DNA of 64,000 nt from a candidate division FCPU426 bacterium (GCA_963738405.1 CAVTWJ010000018.1:76294-140293), one strand, 5' to 3'; shown: positions 45,392 through 54,794, counted from the first letter of the stretch. Numbers and translations are program-made. Notes: a model not told the origin generated them from the letters alone.

Positions 45392-47299
45392 TTATTTATT
45401 GAAAAGGCTGGGGATAAATCCCGTCAGGAAAGGTACGTAAGTGATAAGAAACACCATGGCCACCATTAAGAGGTACATCGGGAGTATGGCCTTGTAAACC
45501 TCGGTCATGGGTTTCTTGAAGCGGTAGGAGGAAAGAAACAGGTTCAACCCCAGGGGCGGGGCCATGAAACCCAGCTCCATATTGCAAAGAAAAACGATAC
45601 CCATGTGCACCGGGTCCACGTGAAAGGCGTCGGCCATGGGAACCAAAAGGGGAACCACCACCACGATGGCGGCGAAAATTTCCAAGAGTCCGCCGATAAA
45701 GATCAACATCACATTGACCATCAAGAGGAAAAGCCATTGTGAATGCACATTGGTCGAAACCCAATCGGCCAGCTTGGCAGGGATCTGGGCATCCACCATG
45801 TCGTTCGTGAACCCGAGGGACACTCCTAAAATGAGGAGAACGCCTCCCACTAAGATGCCGCACTCGGTGATGACAGCAGGGATGTACTTGAGTTTTAGAT
45901 CCCGGTACACGATCACTTCCACCACGAAGGCGTAGAGGGCTGTCAGGGCGGCCGATTCCACCAGGGTCACCTTCACCACAAACAAAAAGATAAATACGAC
46001 CAGGGGAAGAAAGAACTCCCATTTTGCTTTCCAAATGGCATCCCGGGCCTCGGCGAAAACAAACGGATGTTTGCTCGCCTGATCGCTTGAACCCTTGACG
46101 ACTCCGAAAATCGCCGTCATCACGATCAAAAGAAAACCGGGCAAAAGCCCGCCCAAGAAAAGCTTGTCGATGGGAGTGTGGGAGACGACGCCGTAAAGAA
46201 TGACTGGAAGGCTGGGAGGGAAAAGAAGGCCGAGGGAACCGGCGGAAGTCAAAAGACCCAGGGAATTTCGTTCGGTATATTTTTCGGCAATCAGGATGGG
46301 CATCAGAAGCCCGCCCAGGGCCAAAATCGTCACACCCGAGCCCCCAGTGAATGAGGTAAAGAAGGCGCAGACCAGGCAGGTCACGATGGCGGGCCCACCC
46401 TTCATGGAACCGAAAAGGGCTTGGAAGACGCGGAGCAGCCGCTTGGAAGCCCCGCCTTCGGCCAAAAAGTAACCGGTGAGGGTGAAGAGGGGTATGGTGG
46501 GGATCGTTGGGGAAACCACCATGCGGTAGGTTTCAGCCGGGATGGAATCGATGGGGGTATCGGAGTTCCAAAGAAAAATCAGGGCCGCCCCGCCCAAGGC
46601 CACGAAGACCGGTGTGCCCAAAACGACAGCCAATAGCAAAACGGCGAAAGCGATATAAAGGAAAGTTTCCGAGGGGCTGTGCAAAAGAGGCCCCAGGGAG
46701 GCCAGCCCTGCGGCCATGGCGAGGGTGGCCAGGCGCATGTACCAGTGGATGCCGGACCGCCAGATCAACCGGATTAGGATCAACGTGAATCCCAGCGGCA
46801 GGAAAGCCAGGACAATCCACTTGGGAATACCAATGGCGATGATATCGCCCACCTGCTGTTCGATCAGTGCGAAGTTAAAGGAGGCCTTAGCCAGGTAAAG
46901 GGTAATGGCGGCCCCGAAGGCCGAGGTCATGACCCGGGTAAAGGCCTTGTACTTGTCGGGGATCATGCTGGAGGTGGAGGAGAGTGCAAGCAATTTACCC
47001 TCACGCGCGGCGATGGCCCCGCCGAACATCATAATGGCCAAAACAGTGTGCTGGACCAGGGTGAGGGAACCCGGGACCAGGGTGATGGGAACAAACTGAA
47101 AAAAGCCGTGCAGTTTCCGCCCCAAAATGTCCAGCAGGGGCAGGATCATCATGAAGGCGAAAAAGAAAGTCAGAAGCAGGTTTTCGGCGGGGTGCCAGAA
47201 AGCCTTTTGAACCGGGGGCTCGCCCGGATGATCTTCCACCGCTAAAACGGACCCCGGTTCGGGAAGCTCTATATTTTCCGGGTTTTCGATCGAACTCAT
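45392..47299 (-). CDS. TRAP transporter fused small/large permease (DctQ-DctM fusion)
   Basis: It is 635 aa and polytopic, with a 4-TM segment followed by a 12-TM segment. Its start overlaps the stop of the upstream substrate-binding-protein gene. Confidence 0.8.
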   Translation of the reverse strand: MSSIENPENIELPEPGSVLAVEDHPGEPPVQKAFWHPAENLLLTFFFAFMMILPLLDILGRKLHGFFQFVPITLVPGSLTLVQHTVLAIMMFGGAIAAREGKLLALSSTSSMIPDKYKAFTRVMTSAFGAAITLYLAKASFNFALIEQQVGDIIAIGIPKWIVLAFLPLGFTLILIRLIWRSGIHWYMRLATLAMAAGLASLGPLLHSPSETFLYIAFAVLLLAVVLGTPVFVALGGAALIFLWNSDTPIDSIPAETYRMVVSPTIPTIPLFTLTGYFLAEGGASKRLLRVFQALFGSMKGGPAIVTCLVCAFFTSFTGGSGVTILALGGLLMPILIAEKYTERNSLGLLTSAGSLGLLFPPSLPVILYGVVSHTPIDKLFLGGLLPGFLLIVMTAIFGVVKGSSDQASKHPFVFAEARDAIWKAKWEFFLPLVVFIFLFVVKVTLVESAALTALYAFVVEVIVYRDLKLKYIPAVITECGILVGGVLLILGVSLGFTNDMVDAQIPAKLADWVSTNVHSQWLFLLMVNVMLIFIGGLLEIFAAIVVVVPLLVPMADAFHVDPVHMGIVFLCNMELGFMAPPLGLNLFLSSYRFKKPMTEVYKAILPMYLLMVAMVFLITYVPFLTGFIPSLFNK

Positions 47300-48348
47300 T
47301 CCGCCTTGGCCGCCTTGGCCCGGTACTCATCCCGGTACTTGATGGCCATATCCATAATATCCGTCGGGATGATGGTTCCTGAGATCTGGGGATAGACACT
47401 CTGAAAGAGTTTTTCCCACTGGTCGTATTGATCTTCCGTGATGTCGTGGACCTGAAGCCCATACTTCTTCATGCTTTCAATGGCCTTGTCGTTGCTAATG
47501 CGGATGTCGTCCCGGAAGGACTTGCCAGCGACGGCTGCGGCCTTCAAAACCGCGGGCCGGGCGGAAACGGGAATCTTGTCCCAGCCTTCCTTGGTGATGA
47601 TGGTAGCGCCCACCAGCGGGCACCATTTCATGTTGGTCATGTGTTTGGCCAGGGCGAACCACTGGAAGGAAAGGGCGGCGACCGGGGTGGTGTCGAAACA
47701 GTTGATCATGCCGGTTTGAAGATTGGGCAGGATGTCGGTTGCGGACAGGGGGATGGGGGAAAAACCGGCGGATTTCCAGATATTCATGGTGTCAGCATCG
47801 TCTCCCCAAATGAAGAACTTCATTTTTTTCAAGTCGTCGGGAATCAGGATGGGGGTTTTGCCGAAGAAATAAACCCAACCCGCCTCGCCCCAGTTCAACA
47901 CCTTGAAACCCTTGGCTTCCAGGCGTTTTTCCAGGATGGGCTGCATCTTGGCGCGGACGTAATCGCTTTCTTTGTAATTTTTGTACAACATGGGAATGGA
48001 AAGCACTTCCACGGCCTTGTCGATCGCGGAAAGCCCCACCACCGTGAAGACGCCTACTTGAAGCTGGTGGATGCGCAGTTTGCTGACCATGTCGGGCTCG
48101 TCGCCCAAAACACCTCCAGGGTAGATCTGCAATTTCACCCCGGACTTAAGCCAGGAGTTGCCCATGTCGTCCAGGATGTTATAGAAAGGCGAATGGTCGG
48201 GGGCCAGGGTACCCAGTTTCAAGGTAACGGCGGCATTCTGCGCGCGGGCGGAAAGGGGCAACAAGGTTGTTCCCAATGCGACCAAAATTAAACTTATGCG
48301 TCGTAGGGTCTTCATGAAATTTCCTTTTACTGCTTTCTTTAGAATCAC
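47296..48348 (-). CDS. TRAP transporter substrate-binding protein (DctP/TatP-like)
   Basis: It has a signal peptide (MKTLRRISLILVALGTTLLPLSARA) and the DctP fold length. An upstream GTG start at 48348 overlaps the TatT-like stop as GTGA, and ATG 48315 is an alternative start. Confidence 0.75.
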   Translation of the reverse strand: MILKKAVKGNFMKTLRRISLILVALGTTLLPLSARAQNAAVTLKLGTLAPDHSPFYNILDDMGNSWLKSGVKLQIYPGGVLGDEPDMVSKLRIHQLQVGVFTVVGLSAIDKAVEVLSIPMLYKNYKESDYVRAKMQPILEKRLEAKGFKVLNWGEAGWVYFFGKTPILIPDDLKKMKFFIWGDDADTMNIWKSAGFSPIPLSATDILPNLQTGMINCFDTTPVAALSFQWFALAKHMTNMKWCPLVGATIITKEGWDKIPVSARPAVLKAAAVAGKSFRDDIRISNDKAIESMKKYGLQVHDITEDQYDQWEKLFQSVYPQISGTIIPTDIMDMAIKYRDEYRAKAAKAE

Positions 48349-49265
48349 AAGAACAGCTTGTCTTCGTTCGCCAAGAGCCAGCGGGCTCTGTCCTGCATCA
48401 GCAAATTGACGAGGCGGGAACTGGGTTCCTGATCCGCATCAATGGCCAAGGCTTTGTTCAGCATTTCCTCAAACTCGGCCTTGTTTTGTTGTTTCTCGTC
48501 CACAGCCTCCGCGTAATTGATGTAAGTGGAAGCGTGCAACCCTTTGTTCAGCACCAGGGCCCGGTCGAAATGCTCTTTTGCTTTCACCACCGAACCACCC
48601 ATCATGGCGGGTTTGCCGCCTTCATAGGTGATCAGGAAATCATGGATGGCGCCCTCATCGTAATCGGGGTTCAATTCGTAGGCGCGATAGAGTAGGGCCT
48701 CGGCCTGGGGCTCCTCGGCCATACGGTCGTTGTCGTCCTTGTCGATCACAATGGCTCCCAGCCAAGAAGCGGCGGTCCAGTAAAGAAGTTCCACGTCGTC
48801 CTTGTCGGCCTTGGCGACCGTTCCCTTGGGGTCCAGTTTCAGCATTTCGCTGAACTTGTCGTGACGGGCGTCCAAGCCCCTTAAACCGTAGCCCTGGGCC
48901 CGCAGGTAAAGGTTCTTGGCGCGGTGGGTCCAGACTTTCTTTTTTTCGTACTGGGCGTCTTCCATCTTCTCCTCGTCCGATTGGACGAAGGCATAGGCGT
49001 ATTCGGTAAAGCCTTTGGCGAGGGCGGTCAAAAGGCCCACGTGGCGGGGAGTTGCGGAAAGCACGCTTTCCATCAGCTTCAAGCTGAAAGGAACGGCTTC
49101 CCGGATGAGTTGCGGGTCGTTATCTGAGCTAAAGGTGTCGCCCGTGCCCGCCAAGCTGTCCGCGATGGAATCCACCGCCATGGATTTCAGAAAGCAACCA
49201 TGCAGGGATAAGCCCAATCCCAATAAAAGGACAAGAAGTAGAACTATTCGTATCGTGGAACTCAA
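48345..49265 (-). CDS. TatT-like TPR/helical lipoprotein associated with TRAP transporters (TPAT accessory protein)
   Basis: It has a signal peptide with a Cys (LSLHGC) and an all-helical repeat sequence. It is the first gene of the three-gene TRAP operon. Confidence 0.5.
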   Translation of the reverse strand: MSSTIRIVLLLVLLLGLGLSLHGCFLKSMAVDSIADSLAGTGDTFSSDNDPQLIREAVPFSLKLMESVLSATPRHVGLLTALAKGFTEYAYAFVQSDEEKMEDAQYEKKKVWTHRAKNLYLRAQGYGLRGLDARHDKFSEMLKLDPKGTVAKADKDDVELLYWTAASWLGAIVIDKDDNDRMAEEPQAEALLYRAYELNPDYDEGAIHDFLITYEGGKPAMMGGSVVKAKEHFDRALVLNKGLHASTYINYAEAVDEKQQNKAEFEEMLNKALAIDADQEPSSRLVNLLMQDRARWLLANEDKLFL

Positions 49266-49410
49266 AAAAACCTCCTAAAAAAGAGGGCCCATGTGGGCTC
49301 GTAAAACGGCTTATCGTTTTACCGTTAGACGGTTGAGGTGTCAATGACGGCCTTAGCTATAAGAAAACAGTAGAATTATAGGGTTTTCGGGCTAAAGGGG
49401 CCTTAGAAAA

Positions 49411-49443
49411 TAAAAAAAGCGGATCTAGGGGATCCGCTTTTTG
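49411..49443. terminator. bidirectional rho-independent terminator (A-run, hairpin agcggatc-tagg-ggatccgct, T-run)
   Basis: A perfect 9-bp GC-rich stem is flanked by poly-A on one side and poly-T on the other. It lies 3' of the minus-strand gene 49469..49927. Confidence 0.6.
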
Positions 49444-49468
49444 AACCTATCGGGACGACAAAAACAGG

Positions 49469-49927
49469 TTAATTTGCCGCCGGGGACGTTGAGGCGTCAG
49501 GCGTCGCTGAAGCGCCGCTATCGGTCGAACCTTCCGCCTTCTGGTCGTGGATGGCGGTGGAATTATCGTCCAACTCCTGGTTCAGCTGTTTGGATTGGTC
49601 CGAGGTTAGTTTCCCATCGCCGTTGGCCTTGATGTCGCTTTGCATTTCTTCCCGGATGGATTTGACCTTGGCATGGAGTGCCTTGGCCTCGTCCTTAGTC
49701 AATTTCTTGTTCTTGACCCCGGCCTTAATGCGCATGTTTTGCTCCTCAAACCGGCCATGAAGTTCTTTAATCATGGGGTGGTTTCCTTTTCCCATAGGGC
49801 TCATGGGGGTGGCTTCGGCGGAGGGGGCGGTAGCAGCGGCAGGAGTCGAGGTATCGTTTTGGGCAAGCAGGATCCCGGCGGCACCGGCGAACAACAAAGC
49901 GGACGTCAACGACAGAATTTTTTTCAT
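49469..49927 (-). CDS. periplasmic Spy/CpxP/ZraP-like protein (LTxxQ motif family)
   Basis: It has a signal peptide (MKKILSLTSALLFAGAAGILLAQ), LTxxQ-type motifs (KLTKDEAKAL, KLTSDQSKQL), and a Lys-rich helical sequence. Confidence 0.45.
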   Translation of the reverse strand: MKKILSLTSALLFAGAAGILLAQNDTSTPAAATAPSAEATPMSPMGKGNHPMIKELHGRFEEQNMRIKAGVKNKKLTKDEAKALHAKVKSIREEMQSDIKANGDGKLTSDQSKQLNQELDDNSTAIHDQKAEGSTDSGASATPDASTSPAAN

Positions 49928-50036
49928 GGGTACATCCTCCAAAAAGTTTGTGCCTCTCAACATGGATTGGACGGGGAAAGAAGCGAAAAAGTTCAAGGAG
50001 TCAGGAACAGGAATGTTAAATCTTGAGGTGGGAACA

Positions 50037-50078
50037 ATAAAAAAGGGGCCCGATCATTGACCGGGCCCCTTTTGAAAA
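50037..50078. terminator. bidirectional rho-independent terminator (hairpin ggggcccg ... cgggcccc flanked by A and T runs)
   Basis: An 8-bp GC stem sits directly 3' of the minus-strand small gene 50087..50323. Confidence 0.55.
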
Positions 50079-50086
50079 ATTTGAAA

Positions 50087-50323
50087 TTACTTGCTGGGTG
50101 CGGTGCTGGTAGTGGTATCCGTGGTGCTGGAGGCGCTGCTGGCAGAAGCGCTCTTCTTGTGTTTTTTGTGGCCCTTAGACTTGTGGCTCTTGTGAACTTT
50201 CGGGGGAGCCGAACCCGTCGTGTCTTGCGCCATCACTAAACCGGATGTAACGGCCAAGAAGGCAACCGCCAAAGACAACACAATCAACTTTTTCATTGAA
50301 ATCCTCCTCAAAGTTTTAAACAA
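50087..50323 (-). CDS. small secreted His/Lys-rich protein
   Basis: It has a signal peptide (MKKLIVLSLAVAFLAVTSGLVMAQ) and then an HKSHKSKGHKKHKK stretch. It is monocistronic between two terminators. Confidence 0.35.
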   Translation of the reverse strand: MFKTLRRISMKKLIVLSLAVAFLAVTSGLVMAQDTTGSAPPKVHKSHKSKGHKKHKKSASASSASSTTDTTTSTAPSK

Positions 50324-50450
50324 GCAGGCTTATCCTACCCAAGTTAGACGAAAAGAAGCTTTTAAATGTTTCGCGATTTGATAAGGCCTTCGGACGATAT
50401 TTGTCATTCGTTTTCCCTCTGTTAAAAAGCGTTTTTCAACCTTGTTATTT

Positions 50451-50466
50451 TACCGACCGGTCAGTA
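50451..50466. promoter_or_regulatory. imperfect 16-bp palindrome TACCGACCGGTCAGTA (core GACCGGTC), a candidate operator for the TetR gene
   Basis: It ends 11 nt upstream of the probable ATG (50478) of the TetR-family gene. TetR regulators commonly autoregulate through such palindromes. Confidence 0.3.
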
Positions 50467-50477
50467 GGTTATTGCCC

Positions 50478-51092
50478 ATGGTCAAAATTTTAAACGAAAT
50501 AAAACACGCGGATCAAAAAAAGCGCTTTGTCGCCCAGGCGAGAAAGCTCTTCGCCTCCAAGGGCGTCATGGAAACCAGCATGTCCCAAATCGCCCGGGCC
50601 TGCAAGGTCACCAAGCCGGCGCTTTACCATTACTTCAAAAGTAAGGACGCGATCCTCAAGGAAATATTTCTTTCCCATGTGGTCGAAAAAAAGGAAACCA
50701 TCGCCCAATTGTTAAGCCGGGCGAAAAACCTCGAAGAATCCCTCTACATCATCGGCAAGTACCATCTGCAGGACATGGCCCGGCCGGACCATTTCGAGCT
50801 TTTGAAAATCCTCTTGAGCGAAACCATGAAGAACGCTGAGATGAGAAAGTTCTACCTGCGGTTCATCACCGAGCAAATTCAAACGGTGGTTCAGGAAATT
50901 CTCATCCCCAGGGTTCCCCATCCGAAGGGAGAGAAGGAAACCCGCATGCTCTTTTTTCAGTTTTTCGCCTGCATCCTCCATTACTCCTGGCACCAGATGA
51001 TGGTGGGAGATATCACGCCTCTGATCGGCGATTCGGAAGTTTTCATCCGCACCCTCTCCCAAACCTATGCCCGGGAGCTTCAGAGAGCGTAA
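50478..51092 (+). CDS. TetR-family transcriptional regulator
   Basis: It has an N-terminal helix-turn-helix (GVMETSMSQIARACKVTKPALYHYFKSKD). The track ORF starts at an upstream TTG (50442). Confidence 0.8.
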   Translation: MVKILNEIKHADQKKRFVAQARKLFASKGVMETSMSQIARACKVTKPALYHYFKSKDAILKEIFLSHVVEKKETIAQLLSRAKNLEESLYIIGKYHLQDMARPDHFELLKILLSETMKNAEMRKFYLRFITEQIQTVVQEILIPRVPHPKGEKETRMLFFQFFACILHYSWHQMMVGDITPLIGDSEVFIRTLSQTYARELQRA

Positions 51093-51141
51093 TTATTTTT
51101 CAACTCGATAGACAAAAGGCGAGCGCAAAGGATCTTTCTTC

Positions 51142-51708
51142 ATGAAAGAGGTCGAGGCCCAACCCATGCAAGTTTTTCGGCAGGAGGAGGATTTTCAGGC
51201 TTTCGTATACGAACACCGAAGCCTGTGGCTTCGCCTGGCCTACCGTGTGCTGGAAAACAGGGAGGAAGCGGAGGATACGGTCCAGGAAACCTTGGCGATC
51301 CTCTGGGAAAAACGCCATGACCTGGAAGTAGAAAATCCGGCCGCCTATGCCGCGCGATCGGTTTGGCTGAATTCCATCAAGAGACGCAGCCGCAAAAAGC
51401 CGCAGATTCCGCTGGAGGAGATCGCGGAACTCCAAGCCCCGGAGGAAGAGGGCCCCGGGGAAGGACTGGGTGATCTGGATCCGCTGGAACTGGAAGAAGC
51501 CCTCATGGAATTGCCGGAAGCCCAGCGGACGGTAATCCGGATGAAATATTACATGGGTCTTTCTTTCCGGGAAATCGGGGAGGCCTTGCAGATTTCGTTG
51601 AATACCGCCGGCAGCCGCTGCCGGTACGCGCTGGAGACCCTTCGGGAATTGTTGACGCCCGACGATAACCCTCAAGAGCCGAAAAAAAAGTTGGAGGAAG
51701 CCTTATGA
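51142..51708 (+). CDS. ECF-subfamily RNA polymerase sigma-70 factor
   Basis: It has region 2 (EEAEDTVQETLAILW) and region 4 (YMGLSFREIGEALQISLNTAGSRCRYALETL). Confidence 0.85.
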   Translation: MKEVEAQPMQVFRQEEDFQAFVYEHRSLWLRLAYRVLENREEAEDTVQETLAILWEKRHDLEVENPAAYAARSVWLNSIKRRSRKKPQIPLEEIAELQAPEEEGPGEGLGDLDPLELEEALMELPEAQRTVIRMKYYMGLSFREIGEALQISLNTAGSRCRYALETLRELLTPDDNPQEPKKKLEEAL

Positions 51709-52100
51709 ACGAAGAACCGAAAGAAAACGAAAAAGTGCAGGCGAATGTCCAGTTCCGGACCGGGGGCAACACCATCGCGGTGGCGGGTATCTTGGGGGGA
51801 GCCGGCATCGCCCTGGGCCTGCCGCTCATCGTACTGGTTTACGGCCAATCCCTGGGCGCCACCCTTTTGACCGTCTTTGTGATCGCGTCCCTTTTAATCG
51901 GCGGGACCGTGGCCCTGGCCTCGGCTGTCTTAGGGCTCGTCATTCCCCAGCAAGTGAACGGGGCCGGGCACGGCCCTTGGGGGCGCCGGGCTTTCAAACA
52001 TTGGGCCAGGCGCCATTGGTGCGATCAGCCCGAGGGCGACTGGAAAAACTGGACTGAAGAGCAATGGATCGCCTGGGCGGACAAGAAAAAAGAAGAATAA
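51705..52100 (+). CDS. membrane protein, candidate anti-sigma factor
   Basis: Its start overlaps the sigma-factor stop (ATGA). It has two or three transmembrane helices (Gly/Ala/Leu-rich) and a Trp-rich C-terminal tail. Confidence 0.4.
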   Translation: MNEEPKENEKVQANVQFRTGGNTIAVAGILGGAGIALGLPLIVLVYGQSLGATLLTVFVIASLLIGGTVALASAVLGLVIPQQVNGAGHGPWGRRAFKHWARRHWCDQPEGDWKNWTEEQWIAWADKKKEE

Positions 52101-52140
52101 CCTTTTGTATTTCCGAGTTGAATCACAATTGAGGAATCGT

Positions 52141-53133
52141 ATGAAAAAAACATTTCTATTGGGATTGGGTCTTTGGCTCGCGGCCGGCTTAAGCCTCGCC
52201 CAGCAAAAACTGTCACTGGAGAATTATCTTCAACAGGTCCAGCAACAAGGCCCGGACTTCCAGGCCTCCAGCGCGGCGGCGGAAGGCTACGAGAAACAAT
52301 CCCACCAGCAGGACCTGGTCTATTCGCCCCAATTAGTGGCCTCCTACAACCACATGGATGACCAGTCCCAGCAATCAACGGTTTTGGCCACCACCCAAAC
52401 CCTGGCCGACTCGGCGGGCCTGTCCATTGTGGACAAATTACCCTTCGGGCCATCAGTGGCGGTGGGTTACGCTTTCAACGACATCAACCTGACCTACGCT
52501 CCCCAGCTGGTTAATTTTTTCGGAGGCAACAGTTCCGCCTTCTTAAATTCTTACTATCAAATCAGCCCTGTGGTCTCCCTGTCAGTCCCCCTCTTCAAGG
52601 ATTTCGGAGGCGCCCAAACCAATGCCGGGGTGAAGGCCGTCCAGTACGGCTTGGAATCGGCGCAAAAACTTTCGGCCTTCCAGCGCGAAGGCGTCCTCTA
52701 TAACGCCAAGGTCGCCTATTGGAACCTGGCCCTCACCCGGGAAGAAGTGGATATCCGCCAAGACACCCTGGACCGCAGCCAAAAGATATGGGACTGGACC
52801 AAACGCCGGGTCGCGCGCAACCTGGCCGACCCCCCGGATGCCCTGCAGGCCGAGGCCTCGGTGCGGGAAGCAGAGCTTGATTTACAAACCGCCGAAAACC
52901 GCGAGCGCTCTGCCCGGCTGGCCTTTAACCGTTTCCGCAACGGCGCCACCGAGGATGTGCCCGAACAGCTGGAGGCCCTGGAAGATTCGCTGACCCTGGT
53001 GAAGGTGGATTTTCCCGCCGACTTACCCCAGCGCATCGACCTTCAGGCTGTGGAGGCCCAAACCCGCCCAGTGTTCCTGCTGGGTGAGGCCAGGCTTATT
53101 CGCTGGCATCAGGAGAGCGGCGGCCGACACTAA
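52141..53133 (+). CDS. TolC/OEP-family outer-membrane efflux protein, apparently C-terminally truncated at the compositional breakpoint
   Basis: It has a signal peptide (MKKTFLLGLGLWLAAGLSLAQQ) and OEP-type coiled-coil/beta repeats. Only about 330 aa are present against about 450 expected. The ORF ends where GC content and gene content change. Confidence 0.55.
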   Translation: MKKTFLLGLGLWLAAGLSLAQQKLSLENYLQQVQQQGPDFQASSAAAEGYEKQSHQQDLVYSPQLVASYNHMDDQSQQSTVLATTQTLADSAGLSIVDKLPFGPSVAVGYAFNDINLTYAPQLVNFFGGNSSAFLNSYYQISPVVSLSVPLFKDFGGAQTNAGVKAVQYGLESAQKLSAFQREGVLYNAKVAYWNLALTREEVDIRQDTLDRSQKIWDWTKRRVARNLADPPDALQAEASVREAELDLQTAENRERSARLAFNRFRNGATEDVPEQLEALEDSLTLVKVDFPADLPQRIDLQAVEAQTRPVFLLGEARLIRWHQESGGRH

Positions 53134-53176
53134 ATGGACAAGGAGGCTTAAATGGCCCGAACGCTCACCTTGGTAG

Positions 53177-54115
53177 GTGGCGATATTGGTTGCGCTGACT
53201 GTTCCCTTCGCGATTTTGCAGTCCACCACGCAGCCGAAACCGCCGCCCACGCCGATCCGCGTTGTCGATCTACCGATCGCTAATTTCACGCCGCTCCTGG
53301 TCGCCCGCGACAAAGGCTACTTTGCCAACGAAAATCTCTCGGTGACCTGGACACCGGTCGCACAGGGTGCCGTCGCCATAGAAGCGGTATTCGGCGGCAG
53401 CGCCGAGATCGGCGCCAGCGCGATCTATGAGACGATCGTGGCGCGCGGCAACGGTTTTGACCTCATGTTTCTCGCGCCCGGCGTCCATATTAATAACCAG
53501 CCGCCTGACAATTCGGCGCTGCTCGTGCGCACCGACGGCTCGGTGAAAGGCGCCGCCGACCTGGTCGGCAAGAAGGTTTCGGTCGGGCTGATCAACAGCG
53601 TCAATTACGTGCACATGCTGGAATGGCTGGAAAAGCACGGCGTCGATCCAAAACGCGTCGAATTTCTGGAGATTCCGTTTCCGCAAATGGCCGACGCGCT
53701 GTTACAGAAGCGCCTGGAAGCGGTCTGGAACGTCGAGCCGTTCGTCACCTTCATGACGCAGAGCGGCAAAGCGAAGGTTTTGGCCTATCCTTACCTCGAG
53801 ACGATCCCGGGCATGGACATTGCCAACTACTTTGCCAAGGAGAGCTGGATCAAGGCGCATCCGGAACTCGCGCGCGGTTTCAGGCGCGCCATCGACCACG
53901 CGACCAGCGACGTCGCCGCAATGTCGAAGGATGAACGCGACGGCTGGGTATCGAAATTCACCGGCATGAAGCTTGGCGTGGTCAAGAACGTCACCCTGCC
54001 GGTGTTCTCGACCGCGTACAATGTCCCCAGCCTCCAGGCCAATCTCGAGCTTGCGCTCAAGCACAAGATGATCAACAGGTCGTTCGACGTCAACACGATG
54101 ATCTGGAAACCGTAG
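53177..54115 (+). CDS. ABC-transporter substrate-binding protein, NMT1/SsuA/TauA-like (high-GC segment)
   Basis: It has the SsuA-like start of the mature protein (PIRVVDLPIANFTPLLVARDKGYF) and the NMT1 fold. The N-terminal signal region lies at the junction and is uncertain. Confidence 0.65.
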   Translation: MAILVALTVPFAILQSTTQPKPPPTPIRVVDLPIANFTPLLVARDKGYFANENLSVTWTPVAQGAVAIEAVFGGSAEIGASAIYETIVARGNGFDLMFLAPGVHINNQPPDNSALLVRTDGSVKGAADLVGKKVSVGLINSVNYVHMLEWLEKHGVDPKRVEFLEIPFPQMADALLQKRLEAVWNVEPFVTFMTQSGKAKVLAYPYLETIPGMDIANYFAKESWIKAHPELARGFRRAIDHATSDVAAMSKDERDGWVSKFTGMKLGVVKNVTLPVFSTAYNVPSLQANLELALKHKMINRSFDVNTMIWKP

Positions 54116-54137
54116 GAGGCGGACATGTTGCGGACAC

Positions 54138-54794
54138 TTGCCGAGAAGGTCGCAGCCGGAACACTGCGCGCTCCTGATCGTCGACGTGCAGAACGACTTC
54201 TGCGCCGAAGGCGGGGCCATGCATCGCGAGGGGCGTGACTTGACGCTGGTCAAGGCGATGGTGCCGCGCCTTGCAGCGTTCGTGGACGCGGCACGGGCGG
54301 CTGGCGTTCCGCTGATCTGGATCCGCAATGTCTACAACACCGGGCCGAACTGGTACCTGTCGGAGGTTTGGCTCGAACAGGCACACCGCCGCCGGCGTGG
54401 CGCTTATCTGTCGATTCCGGTTTGCGAGCCGGAACAGTGGAACGGCGATTTCTTCCAGATCAGGCCGATTGCTGATGAAGCGATCGTGACCAAGCACCGC
54501 TACGGCGCATTCGAATCCAGCGATCTCGACCTGGTGCTGCGCTCACGTGGCATACGCACCGTGGTCATGACCGGGGTCGCGACGAATGTCTGCGTCGAAA
54601 CCACGGCCCGGCAGGCGTTCCTGCGTGACTATTACGTCGTCTTCACCAGCGACTGCACGGCGACCTACAGCCAGGCCGAGCATGATGCGACACTGCACAA
54701 CATCAATTCGTTCTTCGGCGCTGTCGTTAGCTCCGAGGAAGTGCGCGCCTGCTGGCCGCTGCCGAGCATTCGCCTGCGCGCGGCTGCTGGTTAG
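54138..54794 (+). CDS. isochorismatase-family cysteine hydrolase (N-terminus possibly frameshifted)
   Basis: It has ALLIVDVQNDF and VVMTGVATNVCVETTAR motifs. An ATG at 54125 is in another frame, suggesting an indel near 54165. Confidence 0.65.
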   Translation: MPRRSQPEHCALLIVDVQNDFCAEGGAMHREGRDLTLVKAMVPRLAAFVDAARAAGVPLIWIRNVYNTGPNWYLSEVWLEQAHRRRRGAYLSIPVCEPEQWNGDFFQIRPIADEAIVTKHRYGAFESSDLDLVLRSRGIRTVVMTGVATNVCVETTARQAFLRDYYVVFTSDCTATYSQAEHDATLHNINSFFGAVVSSEEVRACWPLPSIRLRAAAG

